Shown here: piece by piece, positions 36,523 to 45,902 of the stretch | Layout: each line of letters opens with the position of its first letter | Position numbering within the stretch: the first letter of the stretch is position 1 | Origin: Chloroflexota bacterium | GTDB lineage: Bacteria > Chloroflexota > UBA11872 > VXOZ01 | Assembly: GCA_963663275.1 (NCBI GenBank) | Contig: OY760183.1 | Coordinates: 2,784,001-2,848,000 of the forward strand | Length of the DNA stretch: 64,000 nt | Direction: 5' to 3' | Position numbers and translations under genes: made by a program | Notes under the pieces: generated by a model | Told to the model about the DNA's origin: nothing | Seen by the model: the letters and a program-made list of their open reading frames with translations, nothing else | The model's database searches: none

Positions 36523-38769
36523 CTATCGTTCCACCGCCTTGATACGAGAAACCGTGCGCTGCATCTCCACCAGATTGTGGTAGATGCCGCGCTTGGCCAG
36601 CAGTTCGTCGTGGGCGCCCACCTCGGCGACCGCGCCTTCTTCCAGGACAACCAGCCGATCGGCGTTGCGCAGCGTCGATAGCCGGTGCGCGATGGCGAAC
36701 GTCGTGCGTCCCTTGATCAGGCGGCTGATGGCCTGCTGGATGGCGAACTCCGTCTCGGTGTCCACCGAGGCCGTCGCTTCATCCAGAATGAGAATGCGCG
36801 GGTCTTTCAGCACGGCCCGCGCAATCGAGACGCGCTGCTTCTCGCCCACGGACAAGCGGTTGCCGCGTTCGCCCACCAGTGTATCGTATCCTTCTGGCTT
36901 GGCGACGATGAAGTCATGGGCGTTTGCCGCCCGCGCCGCGGCGATCACCTCCGGCAGTTCCGCCGTCGGCTTGGCGTAGCGGATGTTCTCGAGAACCGTG
37001 CCGCTGAAGAGGAACGGCTCCTGCAACACCACGCCAATCTGGTCGCGCAAGCAGGTCAACTCGATGTCGCGAATGTCGTGGCCGTCGATGATCACCTCGC
37101 CGTGGTCGGCCTCGTAGAAGCGGCAGACCAGGTGGGCCAGCGTGCTCTTGCCCGCGCCCGACTTGCCCACCAGCCCGATCATCTCGCCGGGCTCCACGCG
37201 CAGCCCGACTTTCTTGAGCACCGGCTTGGTCTTGTCGTAGCCGAACGTCACCTCGCGAAACTCAACCTCGCCCCGCAGCGGACGGATGTTCAGCTTGCCG
37301 GGCGCGGCGTAGGGTTCCGTGGGCGTATCGATTACGTCGAAGATGCGGTCCGCGCCCACCAACGCCCGCGACATCCAGTTGTAGATGCGATTGAACCACT
37401 GCAAAGGGCCGTACAGCATCCAAAGATAGTGGATGAATGCCATCAGGCCGCCGAGTGTCAGCGGTCCGTCGATCACGGCGCTGCCGCCCACGAACCAGGC
37501 GATGAAGACGCCGGAACCGGTGACGAAGTTCAGGATGGCGAAAGAGCTATCCCAGTAGCGCGCCTCGTGCACGGTCGCTCGCGCCACCGCCTCGTTGCGG
37601 CGGTCGAAGCGTTCAATCTCGGCCTCTTCCTGGGCAAAGGCCTTCGCGACGCGAATGCCCAGCAGCGATTCGTTCAATTGACCGTGCAAGAGCGCCCAGT
37701 TCTGCGAGACCCGCGACCAGAGCACGCGCATTCGCTTCACCAGCGCGGTGCCTCCCAGCACGACGAAGGGCACCGGCAACAAGACGAAGAGCGTTACCTG
37801 CCAACTCATCAAGAGCAGGATGACAAGCACGCCCACGAGCATAACGCTGTTGACCACCAGATAGGGCGCGCCGTCGATGAGAAAGTAGTTCAGACTCTCC
37901 GTGTCGCGCGTCACCAACGAGAGCAGCGGACCCTGCCCTTTGCGGTTGTGGAACGTCAGCGACATGCGTTCCAGCACCTGATAGAGTTGGGCGCGCATGT
38001 TGGCAATCACCCGCGTGCTCAGCCAGGAACCCACCCAACCGCCCGCGATTTCAAGCCCGCCGGTCGCCAGACTTGCCGCCACCAGTCCCGCAACCAGCCA
38101 CGCGAGCAGCACGAAATTCTCTCTGGGCACCAGGACGTTATCGATCATGGCTCGCGTAATCAGCGGGGGTGTAAGCTGCACGAGGGCGCGGCCAAGTGTG
38201 GTAACGACCAGCACGGCCGCCAACGGCCAGTACGGCTTGAGGTAACCGGCAATGCGCAGCATCACCGCCATCTTGCGCACGCAGCGCGGGCAGTTGCGGT
38301 CTCTATCCGGCAGCAGCGCCTGGCAGCGCTGGCAGCGGGCCCGGGGAATGTCGGTGGTGACCGCGAACGGCTCGTCTTTGGCAAGTTGCTGGATGCCGCG
38401 GGCAACCTCCGTAAACTTGGCGGCCAGGGAACTGGAGTACTCGACGATGGGCGTAAAGTAGCCGTTCAGCTTGACTTCCAGGCGGCCCCCGCCGACGAGC
38501 GGCTCGGCCCGGGCGTCGGTAATCTCCGCCATTTCCAGGTTCACGACGTCCGCTTCGAGACCGTCGCCATTCACGCCGGGCTCCGGCTCGGGCAGCACAA
38601 CCACCCGCTTGTCGGTCAATACAATCCACTGCACGCCGAAGCGGCCGTCGCGCCGCACGTCCGACGTGGCCACCAGCAGCGTCTCTTCGCCGGGCGCCAT
38701 CAACGCGCGCCATTGGGCCACGATCTCAGGATGCGGCTGATCGAATATGACTGTTGAGGACTCACTCAC
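36523..38769 (-). CDS. ABC exporter (N-terminal extension with CxxC...CxxC, TMD, NBD)
   Basis: CQRC..CPRC, six-TM domain, GKSGAGKS, LSVGEKQR, LILDEAT, IAHRLST. Confidence 0.92.
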   Translation of the reverse strand: MSESSTVIFDQPHPEIVAQWRALMAPGEETLLVATSDVRRDGRFGVQWIVLTDKRVVVLPEPEPGVNGDGLEADVVNLEMAEITDARAEPLVGGGRLEVKLNGYFTPIVEYSSSLAAKFTEVARGIQQLAKDEPFAVTTDIPRARCQRCQALLPDRDRNCPRCVRKMAVMLRIAGYLKPYWPLAAVLVVTTLGRALVQLTPPLITRAMIDNVLVPRENFVLLAWLVAGLVAASLATGGLEIAGGWVGSWLSTRVIANMRAQLYQVLERMSLTFHNRKGQGPLLSLVTRDTESLNYFLIDGAPYLVVNSVMLVGVLVILLLMSWQVTLFVLLPVPFVVLGGTALVKRMRVLWSRVSQNWALLHGQLNESLLGIRVAKAFAQEEAEIERFDRRNEAVARATVHEARYWDSSFAILNFVTGSGVFIAWFVGGSAVIDGPLTLGGLMAFIHYLWMLYGPLQWFNRIYNWMSRALVGADRIFDVIDTPTEPYAAPGKLNIRPLRGEVEFREVTFGYDKTKPVLKKVGLRVEPGEMIGLVGKSGAGKSTLAHLVCRFYEADHGEVIIDGHDIRDIELTCLRDQIGVVLQEPFLFSGTVLENIRYAKPTAELPEVIAAARAANAHDFIVAKPEGYDTLVGERGNRLSVGEKQRVSIARAVLKDPRILILDEATASVDTETEFAIQQAISRLIKGRTTFAIAHRLSTLRNADRLVVLEEGAVAEVGAHDELLAKRGIYHNLVEMQRTVSRIKAVER

Positions 38770-38955
38770 GGTGCAATGCTCCGAGCGACTCGTTCCGGAA
38801 CGAACGCATGGCGCGCTTGGGGCGGCAATTGCTTGGCGCGAACGACCTACGGTTGGCGGCAAAGCGTGAAGTCGCACGGGGACGGAAGTTGCCGGCGCGA
38901 GGCGGCAAAGCCCCGGCGGCAAGGCGCATCGTCAAGCCGCGGCCGCGCGCACAGC

Positions 38956-40068
38956 TTACGAGAACGGCTGGTACTTCCGCACGTTGGCATTGTGCTCATC
39001 GAGCGTCCGGCTGAAGGCGTGGGAGCCGTCTCCGGTCGCGACGAAGTAGTAATAGTCGGTCGTCTCCGGCGCCGCCACCGCTTGCAGGGAGCCGAGGCCG
39101 GGATTGCAGATCGGCCCGGGCGGCAACCCGACCTGCCGGTAGGTATTATACGGAGAGGCCACTTCCAGATCGGCGTAGGACAAGATCTGCTTCCACCACC
39201 GGCCCTCCGCTTCCTGGTAGCCAAGCGCGTACTGGATGGTGGTGCACGCGCCCAGGGGCATATTGACGCGCAGGCGATTGAAGAAGACGCCGGCAATCAG
39301 GGGGCGTTCGGCGGCCACCTGCGCTTCCCGTTCGATGATGGCGGCCAGCGTCACCGCCTCGTGCAGGGAGAGGCCGCTGGCCCGGATGCCATCGCGCACG
39401 GCGCCGGAAACTTGCTTGCCGAATTGATCCAGAAGTCTCTGCACAAAACCGCGCGTCGTGGTGTCCGGCAGCACGCGATAGGTATTGGGAAAGAGGTAGC
39501 CTTCCAGCGAAGCGCCGGCCGGCCGCTCCGCCAGGAAGTCGTGCGCAAAGCCGCCGCTTTCGCCGGCGGTAATCGCCAGGAATTCATGCGCGTCCAGCAC
39601 GCCCTTTGCCTGGAAGTAGGCGGCCATCTCCTCGCGCCGCCAGCCTTCGATGAGCGTCAGGCTTTGCTCCGGCGTGTACGCCCGCTGGAGCGCGGCCAGC
39701 GCCTCATCCACGCTCATGTTGCGCCGCAGCACGTGCTCGCCGGCCTGCAACGCGCCGTCCAAGCCCTGCTGGCGGGCGCGCAAGCGGAACGCCAGGGCGC
39801 TGCGAATCACGCCGGCGTCCCGCAGTTGATTCGCGATCTGCTCGGTGGTGCTGCCCGGCAGAATCGTGAGCGCCACCTCGCCGCCCTCTTCCTGAGCGGT
39901 TGTATCCTCGCCGGGCGAGCCGAGCACGGAGTCGGCCACGTCCTTCCCAATTCCGCAGCCCGCGGCCGCGGATGCCAGCGCCGCCGCGCCCAATGAGCGC
40001 AGCATGGCGCGCCGGGTGCCCTGTCCGCGCCCGCTCTCATGGATCGAGCGCCCGCTCGCTCTCGGCAT
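38956..40068 (-). CDS. mltG: Endolytic transglycosylase MltG (YceG)
   Basis: TLIEGW, LEGYLFPNTY, AAIIERE, SPYNTY...GLPPGPICNPG, YYFVA, EHN. Confidence 0.92.
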   Translation of the reverse strand: MPRASGRSIHESGRGQGTRRAMLRSLGAAALASAAAGCGIGKDVADSVLGSPGEDTTAQEEGGEVALTILPGSTTEQIANQLRDAGVIRSALAFRLRARQQGLDGALQAGEHVLRRNMSVDEALAALQRAYTPEQSLTLIEGWRREEMAAYFQAKGVLDAHEFLAITAGESGGFAHDFLAERPAGASLEGYLFPNTYRVLPDTTTRGFVQRLLDQFGKQVSGAVRDGIRASGLSLHEAVTLAAIIEREAQVAAERPLIAGVFFNRLRVNMPLGACTTIQYALGYQEAEGRWWKQILSYADLEVASPYNTYRQVGLPPGPICNPGLGSLQAVAAPETTDYYYFVATGDGSHAFSRTLDEHNANVRKYQPFS

Positions 40069-40492
40069 GGCCGTCTCCCCCTGCGTTGCCCTGGGCGGCA
40101 AAGTACGACTCCAGGATCACCGCAGCCGCCGCGGCGTCCAGCGACGCCTTGCGGCGCGCGCCGGTCGGACTCTCCCGCAAGCGTTCCTCCGCGATGACGG
40201 TAGAGAACCGCTCATCCCAGAATACCACAGGCACGTCCAGCAGCGCCTCTAGTCGTTCGCCTTCCGCCCGTATGCGCTTGCCTTGGGCGTGCAAAGCGCC
40301 GTCCAGGCTGATCGGCAACCCGATGACGAGCGTTTCCGCCCGGTGCGTCGCCAGCAAGCGCCGGACGGCCGCGCAATCGTGCTGCCAGGAACGGCGGCGT
40401 ATGGTCGTGACGGGCGTGGCGATGCCGACGCGCGTCTCACCGCGCGCCACGCCGATGCGCCGCTCTCCCATGTCCAGGCAGAGAATCCGCAT
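40037..40492 (-). CDS. ruvX: Holliday junction resolvase-like RuvX/YqgF
   Basis: LDMGERRIGVA, VIGLP, DERFST, DAAAAAVIL. Confidence 0.93.
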   Translation of the reverse strand: MRILCLDMGERRIGVARGETRVGIATPVTTIRRRSWQHDCAAVRRLLATHRAETLVIGLPISLDGALHAQGKRIRAEGERLEALLDVPVVFWDERFSTVIAEERLRESPTGARRKASLDAAAAAVILESYFAAQGNAGGDGHAESERALDP

Positions 40493-40501
40493 CGCTTACC
40501 G

Positions 40502-42124
40502 TCACAAGTCTTCAGTTGTAATCTGAAGCGGCGGTTGGACGTCGATAGCGATGCGGAACCAGAGGCGCGGCATGCGTTCGTGCCATTCCGGGCCCATTTT
40601 CAAGGTATAGTCGCCCGCTCCCTCCAATGCGCTCAGGTACGTTTCCGCCTCCGCGCGCGTCGCGTTTGTCAACTCGCGCCGCACCTTGCCCAGGTCCCAC
40701 GTGGACACCAGATCTCCCTGCGCCGTGACCGTCAGCTTGAAGACTCCGTCGGCCATCTCGGCGACGTTCGGCGTTCCCAATTGCACGGAGTCCGCCACCA
40801 GGGTATATGCGTCCAGTTGGTTCTCCACGATTCTCTCCAGAATGAGCGGCGCGATTTCGGCGAGATGGGCATGCGCGTACGCTGTACCGCGCAATTTCAC
40901 TTTCATGCGCAGCGTAATCTGTTCGGCTTCCTCATCCACCTCTTTGTCGTAGGTCGCTTGCTCCACGATGACGTCTTCGTGCCACGGCATGAGGGCGTTT
41001 TCCTGAGGATCGATCGTCTCACCCAGCCTCTCGTAGAGCCGCTGCATCAACGTATGGCGCAGTTGGTCGTAGAGTTGCAGCCGGTCCTGCTCCGTCACAA
41101 ACGTGCTGGCGCGCAACCCGCCGCCGAGAATGGGTGTGTCGTTGCTCACCGCCAGACGTTGATTAAGGGACTGGTCCTCGATGTGGGTGATGGCGCCGGC
41201 ATCCACGTTCCCCTCGGGGCCGGCCTCCGTCGCCACGACCCCGACACGCTTCGCGCCAAACGTGCCGCTGGCGCCGGAGGTGGGCGGTATCGTCACGTCC
41301 GCCGACGTTTCGTAGCGTCGATTATCGTCGGTCAGCACCACCGTGCCTTTCGGCGCCATGACCGGTTGGGAAATGCGATTGCGAAAGACCACGGAGCCTT
41401 CCGCGCGTCCTACCGGCACGTCTCGCTTTCCGGTCGCGGCAACGGTCAACTCGTCCGTCTCTTCCAGTATCACCAACTGCGCCGGCATCTGGCCGGTAGC
41501 GGCGTTGAAGCGGCTCACCTGCGGATCGGCGATCAACTGCAACTCGGTCGTATACCGCTGCTGCACCGGCGTGAGTTCTATAGTGGCGCTGGGCAGTACC
41601 AGATAGAACACCCCCCACACGGCGAAGAGCGAGACGACGATGACGGTGGCCCACGCCAGCACCCGCGCCAGCGATCGCTCCAATGGGGGTGCGGTACCGC
41701 TTCTTCCCTCCGGCGAACGCCGCCGGGACCCTGTGCCGGAAGCGGCGCGGATCGTTCGCTCTGCGTCCCGCGCCGCACTCTTGCCGCCGCCGGAAGCCGG
41801 CGTCTCCGCCGCGGCCGCGCCTGGGTTGCGCTCCGCTTGGCCGGGCGCGTGCAGCGCGCCCAGAGACGTGACGACGCGAATGCCCAGGTCCGCCGCCATG
41901 GAGCGCACGGCGCGATCGCCGCACACCAGCGTAAAGTCAAGTTCCAGTTCCGCCGCCTGGGCCTGTAGGCGGCGCAGGTTGTCGCGGTTGTGCAGCGCCG
42001 GGCAGTTATTCGCAACCAACACGCCGGACGGCCCGCGCGCGCGCCGGAGTTTGTCGATGACGGCCGCCACGTCATCGCCGGAGTTGGCATAGATGACACG
42101 GCTGCTCGAATAGGAGCGTCCCAT
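40502..42124 (-). CDS. Membrane-anchored baseplate J/gp47-like protein
   Basis: One TM, then ATG...AEGSVVFRN, PKGT, V.ATEAGPEGNV.AG.I, VSN...GG, VT..D; N-terminal domain DD...VIDKL. Confidence 0.7.
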   Translation of the reverse strand: MGRSYSSSRVIYANSGDDVAAVIDKLRRARGPSGVLVANNCPALHNRDNLRRLQAQAAELELDFTLVCGDRAVRSMAADLGIRVVTSLGALHAPGQAERNPGAAAAETPASGGGKSAARDAERTIRAASGTGSRRRSPEGRSGTAPPLERSLARVLAWATVIVVSLFAVWGVFYLVLPSATIELTPVQQRYTTELQLIADPQVSRFNAATGQMPAQLVILEETDELTVAATGKRDVPVGRAEGSVVFRNRISQPVMAPKGTVVLTDDNRRYETSADVTIPPTSGASGTFGAKRVGVVATEAGPEGNVDAGAITHIEDQSLNQRLAVSNDTPILGGGLRASTFVTEQDRLQLYDQLRHTLMQRLYERLGETIDPQENALMPWHEDVIVEQATYDKEVDEEAEQITLRMKVKLRGTAYAHAHLAEIAPLILERIVENQLDAYTLVADSVQLGTPNVAEMADGVFKLTVTAQGDLVSTWDLGKVRRELTNATRAEAETYLSALEGAGDYTLKMGPEWHERMPRLWFRIAIDVQPPLQITTEDL

Positions 42125-42307
42125 AGCGTAATGACAACCGATACGAGGAAGAGAGAGAGGCGAACTGCGAGGAATCGTGTCCAATCGCTTACACATATAG
42201 TATACCTGATTTGCGGCCAAGATGTGGAGCGCCGCAAAAGTGTGGACGGCCGCCAATGCGCAAGCATCGGAGCCGTTGCGGGCCCTCATGGGCGGCGCGC
42301 ATTTGTG

Positions 42308-42336
42308 TTGACGATATTCACGCCGCTCGGTATACT
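42308..42336 (+). promoter_or_regulatory. sigma70-type promoter for SBP-1
   Basis: TTGACG-N17-TATACT. Confidence 0.65.
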
Positions 42337-42400
42337 CTAGCCGTAACATTCCGAGAGTCTAGCACTGGGGCCCTGGCCCCAAAATGGAGGAGGTTCCATA

Positions 42401-43813
42401 GTGGAATCATTGCTTAATCAAAAAGGGCTGAGCAGACGGCGCGTGCTGGCCGGTATGGGCCTCAGCGCCGGCGCTTTGCTGGCCGCGGCCTGCGGCGGCG
42501 CGACCGGCGCGGCCGAGGAAGAGCAAGAAGCGCCTGCGGAAGAGGAAGCCCCCAAGGCCGCAGAGGAAGCGCCCAAGGCCGAGGAAGCCCCGCCTGTGCA
42601 GTTTCTGCACTGGTGGATTTCCCGCATCGACCCGGGCGGACTGGTACCGTGGGCGTTGGAAGAGTTCACGAGCCGCACCGGCATTCCGGTGGAGGACGTG
42701 GGCAGGGACCCGATCGAGCCGCTGCGCCAGCACTTCCGCACCACCATCGCCGCCGGCACGCCGGTGGACGTGGCTTTCAACTCCATCATCTGGGCGCGCG
42801 ACCACTGGGACCTGGGCCTCTTGATGGACTACGAGCCCTATCTGACCCAGTACCCGCATATCCAGGACGACCAGTATTTCGAGGCTTCGCACCAGTTCCG
42901 CAAGGCTGAAGGCGCGACCTTTGGTATACCGGTGATGGGTCCGGAGTCGCAGTCGATCGTCGTCAACGGCCAGTTGCTCATCGACATCGGCCTCGATGAG
43001 AACGGCGGGGACATCAACAACTGGGACGACCTGGTGGCCGCCGCCCGCGCCATGACCAAGAGGGAAGGCGAGAACATCTCCGTCTCCGGCTTCCTCTTGC
43101 CGGACAACGTCGCGTTGGCGCGCTGGGCCGCCTGGGTGCTGACGACGGGTAACGGGGCCTACGACGCGGAGCAATTCACGGCGCAGTACGATTCAGAAGA
43201 GGCCATCGATACGATGCAGTTCCTCTTCAATCTCTGGAACAGAGAGGAAGTCAGCGCCAAGTCGCCGGACGGCGGCACGCTCACCGATCCCCGGCATCAT
43301 GAACTGCTGCAGGCCAATCAGGCCGGCATGCACTACGACATCAGCTCGACCCCGACGCTGCGCTACTTCGAGGTGCCCCGCGACTTCAAGTATTGGCAGA
43401 TTGGCTACCCGGGTCCTGCCGACGGCGGCCAGTTTGCCACGGCCTCCTGGATGAACCCGGTGGTTACGCCGCTGGGCGCGGGTAACCCGGACGGCGCGGT
43501 TGAGTTCATCAACTGGTTCTGCGGCCTTGAAGTGGCCTTGCACAAGATCGAGGTCAATAAGGCGGTCTCCCCGCGCCTCGATCTCTTTGCCCATGAAGCG
43601 TGGACCGCTGGCGTTGCCGATCTTCCCGTGCTCCAGACGCGCGAGGACTTGGCCAAACTGCCGGGCGTGTACCCCTACCGCCGCTTCCTGAAGCAGAACG
43701 CCGAGGTGCGGCCGATTCTCAACGATGCCTACCAGGGCAAGATTGAAATCGCATCGGCCCTCTCACAGGCCAATGAACTCGCCAACCAGATCCTCAACGA
43801 GCCGGCGGAGTAG
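42401..43813 (+). CDS. Extracellular solute-binding lipoprotein (sugar-binding family 1), Tat signal
   Basis: SRRRVL...LLAAAC lipobox, E/A/P linker, AAGTPVD, GIP, WDDLVAAA; RBS GGAGG. Confidence 0.88.
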   Translation: MESLLNQKGLSRRRVLAGMGLSAGALLAAACGGATGAAEEEQEAPAEEEAPKAAEEAPKAEEAPPVQFLHWWISRIDPGGLVPWALEEFTSRTGIPVEDVGRDPIEPLRQHFRTTIAAGTPVDVAFNSIIWARDHWDLGLLMDYEPYLTQYPHIQDDQYFEASHQFRKAEGATFGIPVMGPESQSIVVNGQLLIDIGLDENGGDINNWDDLVAAARAMTKREGENISVSGFLLPDNVALARWAAWVLTTGNGAYDAEQFTAQYDSEEAIDTMQFLFNLWNREEVSAKSPDGGTLTDPRHHELLQANQAGMHYDISSTPTLRYFEVPRDFKYWQIGYPGPADGGQFATASWMNPVVTPLGAGNPDGAVEFINWFCGLEVALHKIEVNKAVSPRLDLFAHEAWTAGVADLPVLQTREDLAKLPGVYPYRRFLKQNAEVRPILNDAYQGKIEIASALSQANELANQILNEPAE

Positions 43814-43849
43814 GCCCTGCCTACACTGCCAGCCCATTGGCGAAGATGG

Positions 43850-43880
43850 AAGGAGGCGCACACGTGTGCGCCTCCTTTTC
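43850..43880 (+). terminator. Intrinsic terminator
   Basis: AAGGAGGCGCACAC/GTGTGCGCCTCCTT followed by TT. Confidence 0.75.
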
Positions 43881-43976
43881 TATTTCGGCGTGAGTGTGCG
43901 CAATCGCTGAATGCCGAGGTGTTGGGACGCATTCTGCGCGGGCAGCGCCTTACGTAAGCGCACTCTGGCGCAATTC

Positions 43977-44005
43977 TTGACAGTTATCCTGCGCCAAGCT
44001 AGAGT
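43977..44005 (+). promoter_or_regulatory. sigma70-type promoter for SBP-2
   Basis: TTGACA-N17-TAGAGT. Confidence 0.55.
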
Positions 44006-44061
44006 TTCAATTGTGTGACAAGAGTCCGTATGTGCCACAGAGCCATATAGGGAGGGCTGCC

Positions 44062-45471
44062 ATGGATGCTTTGGACGAACGCAAGGGCCTCAGCAGGCGA
44101 AGCCTGCTCGCGGGAATAGGGCTTGGCGCCGCCGGCGCTTTGCTGGCCGCGGCCTGCGGCGGCGCGGCCGCGCCGGCCGTGGAAGAAGAGGCGGCGGAAG
44201 CGGAGGCGCCCAAGGCCGAGGAGGAGATGAAGCAGGCCGAGGAAGCCACGCCGGTACAGTTCCTGCATTGGTGGATTCCCCGCATCGACCAGAATGGCTT
44301 TACGCCCTGGGCCTTGGAAGAGTTCACCAACCGCACCGGCATTCCGGTGGAGGACGTGGGCCGGGACCCGATCGAGCCGGTACGCCAGCACTTCCGCACG
44401 ACGATTGCGGCCGGTACGCCGGTGGACGTGTCCTTCAATTCCATCATCTGGGCACGCGACCACTGGGACCTGGGCATCTTGATGGATTACTCGCCGTACC
44501 TGACGCAGTACCCGGAACTGCAAGACGACAAGTTCTTCGAGGCTTCGCACCAGTTCCGCCAGGCGGAAGGCGCGACGTTCGGCATCCCTGTGATGGGGCC
44601 GGAGTCGACGTCGATCGTCGTCAACGGCCAGTTGCTGATCGACGCCGGTCTTGACGAGAATGGCGGGGACATCAACAACTGGAGCGAGTTGGTCGCTGCT
44701 GCCCGCGCCATGACCAAGAAGGAAGGCAATGACATCGCCGTCTCCGGCTTCTTGCTGCGTCCCGGTGTCGGCGGCTTGGCGCGCTGGGCGGGCTGGGTGC
44801 TGACGACGGGCACTGGCGCCTACGACGCTGAGCAGTTCAAGGCGCAGTACAACACTGAGCAGGCGCGGGATACGCTGCAATTCCTCTTCGACCTCTGGAA
44901 TAAAGAGGAAATCAGCGCCAAGGATCCCGAAGGCGGCGCCGTGCCCGACCACTACAAGTTGCTGCAAGCCAATCAGGCTGGCATGCACCACGACATTAGC
45001 AGCACACCGACACTGCGCTACTTCACCGTGCCGCGCGATTTCAAGTATTGGCAGATCGGTTTCCCGGCCCATGATGGCCCGGACGGCCAGTTTGCCACCT
45101 CGTCGTGGATGAACCCGGTGGTAACACCGCTCGGCGCGGGCAACCCGGACGGCGCGGTTGAGTTCATCAACTGGTTCTGCGGGCTTGAGGTAGCAATTGT
45201 CAGGCTCGAGCTCATCAAGACGGTCGCGCCGCGGCACGACTTCTTTGCCGATCCGGCCTGGACCAAGGGGTACTCCGACCAGCCGGTGCTCAAGACGATC
45301 GAAGACCTGGCCAATCTGCCGGGCGTCTACCCCTACCGCCGCTTCCTGAAGCAGAATGCCGAAATCCGGCCGATGCTCGACGATGCGGCCATGGGTAAGA
45401 CCGACATCGCCACCGCGCTGGCTCAAGCCGACGAGCGCGCCAACCAGATCCTGAACGAGGATGCAGAGTAG
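44062..45471 (+). CDS. Extracellular solute-binding lipoprotein, close paralog of 42401..43813
   Basis: SRRSLL...LLAAAC; long identical blocks shared with the upstream gene; RBS GGAGG. Confidence 0.88.
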   Translation: MDALDERKGLSRRSLLAGIGLGAAGALLAAACGGAAAPAVEEEAAEAEAPKAEEEMKQAEEATPVQFLHWWIPRIDQNGFTPWALEEFTNRTGIPVEDVGRDPIEPVRQHFRTTIAAGTPVDVSFNSIIWARDHWDLGILMDYSPYLTQYPELQDDKFFEASHQFRQAEGATFGIPVMGPESTSIVVNGQLLIDAGLDENGGDINNWSELVAAARAMTKKEGNDIAVSGFLLRPGVGGLARWAGWVLTTGTGAYDAEQFKAQYNTEQARDTLQFLFDLWNKEEISAKDPEGGAVPDHYKLLQANQAGMHHDISSTPTLRYFTVPRDFKYWQIGFPAHDGPDGQFATSSWMNPVVTPLGAGNPDGAVEFINWFCGLEVAIVRLELIKTVAPRHDFFADPAWTKGYSDQPVLKTIEDLANLPGVYPYRRFLKQNAEIRPMLDDAAMGKTDIATALAQADERANQILNEDAE

Positions 45472-45512
45472 GCTTCAACTGCACAGGTTGGACAATTGCT
45501 GAAGAAGCGAGG

Positions 45513-45548
45513 AAGGAGGCGCACAATTGTGCGCCTCCTTTGCGTTTT
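45513..45548 (+). terminator. Intrinsic terminator (duplicated together with the SBP gene)
   Basis: AAGGAGGCGCACAA/TTGTGCGCCTCCTT followed by TGCGTTTT. Confidence 0.7.
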
Positions 45549-45902
45549 CCTGGCTGAGCGAAGGGTCAAGCCAAGCCTTGCCTTTGGCCCTTGAACAGAG
45601 ACGATTACCCTTTGAAGAGTGTGGATGGAAGCGCACGACAGAAGAAAGAGTACGCAAAGGCGAGCGCCCGCCGGACGGATGGGAGCCCCAGTCAGACGGA
45701 TGAATCATGCAGGAGAGGCAGTATCCGTTCGTCCTGAGCCTGTCGAAGGATGAACGGATACTGCCTCTCCGGAGCAGCAAGACTCTCAACATCTCACACT
45801 AGCCAAGTTACCCTGGATTCCCCTTCGCTCCGCTCATCGGAGTGAAACGTGACCGCTTGCGCCTCTATTGGTTGTTGGACAGCGATTACTCGACCGGGCG
45901 CA

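Noticed and set aside
40502-42124. Prophage or contractile injection system
   Set aside because: No other tail, sheath, capsid or integrase genes; flanked by housekeeping genes
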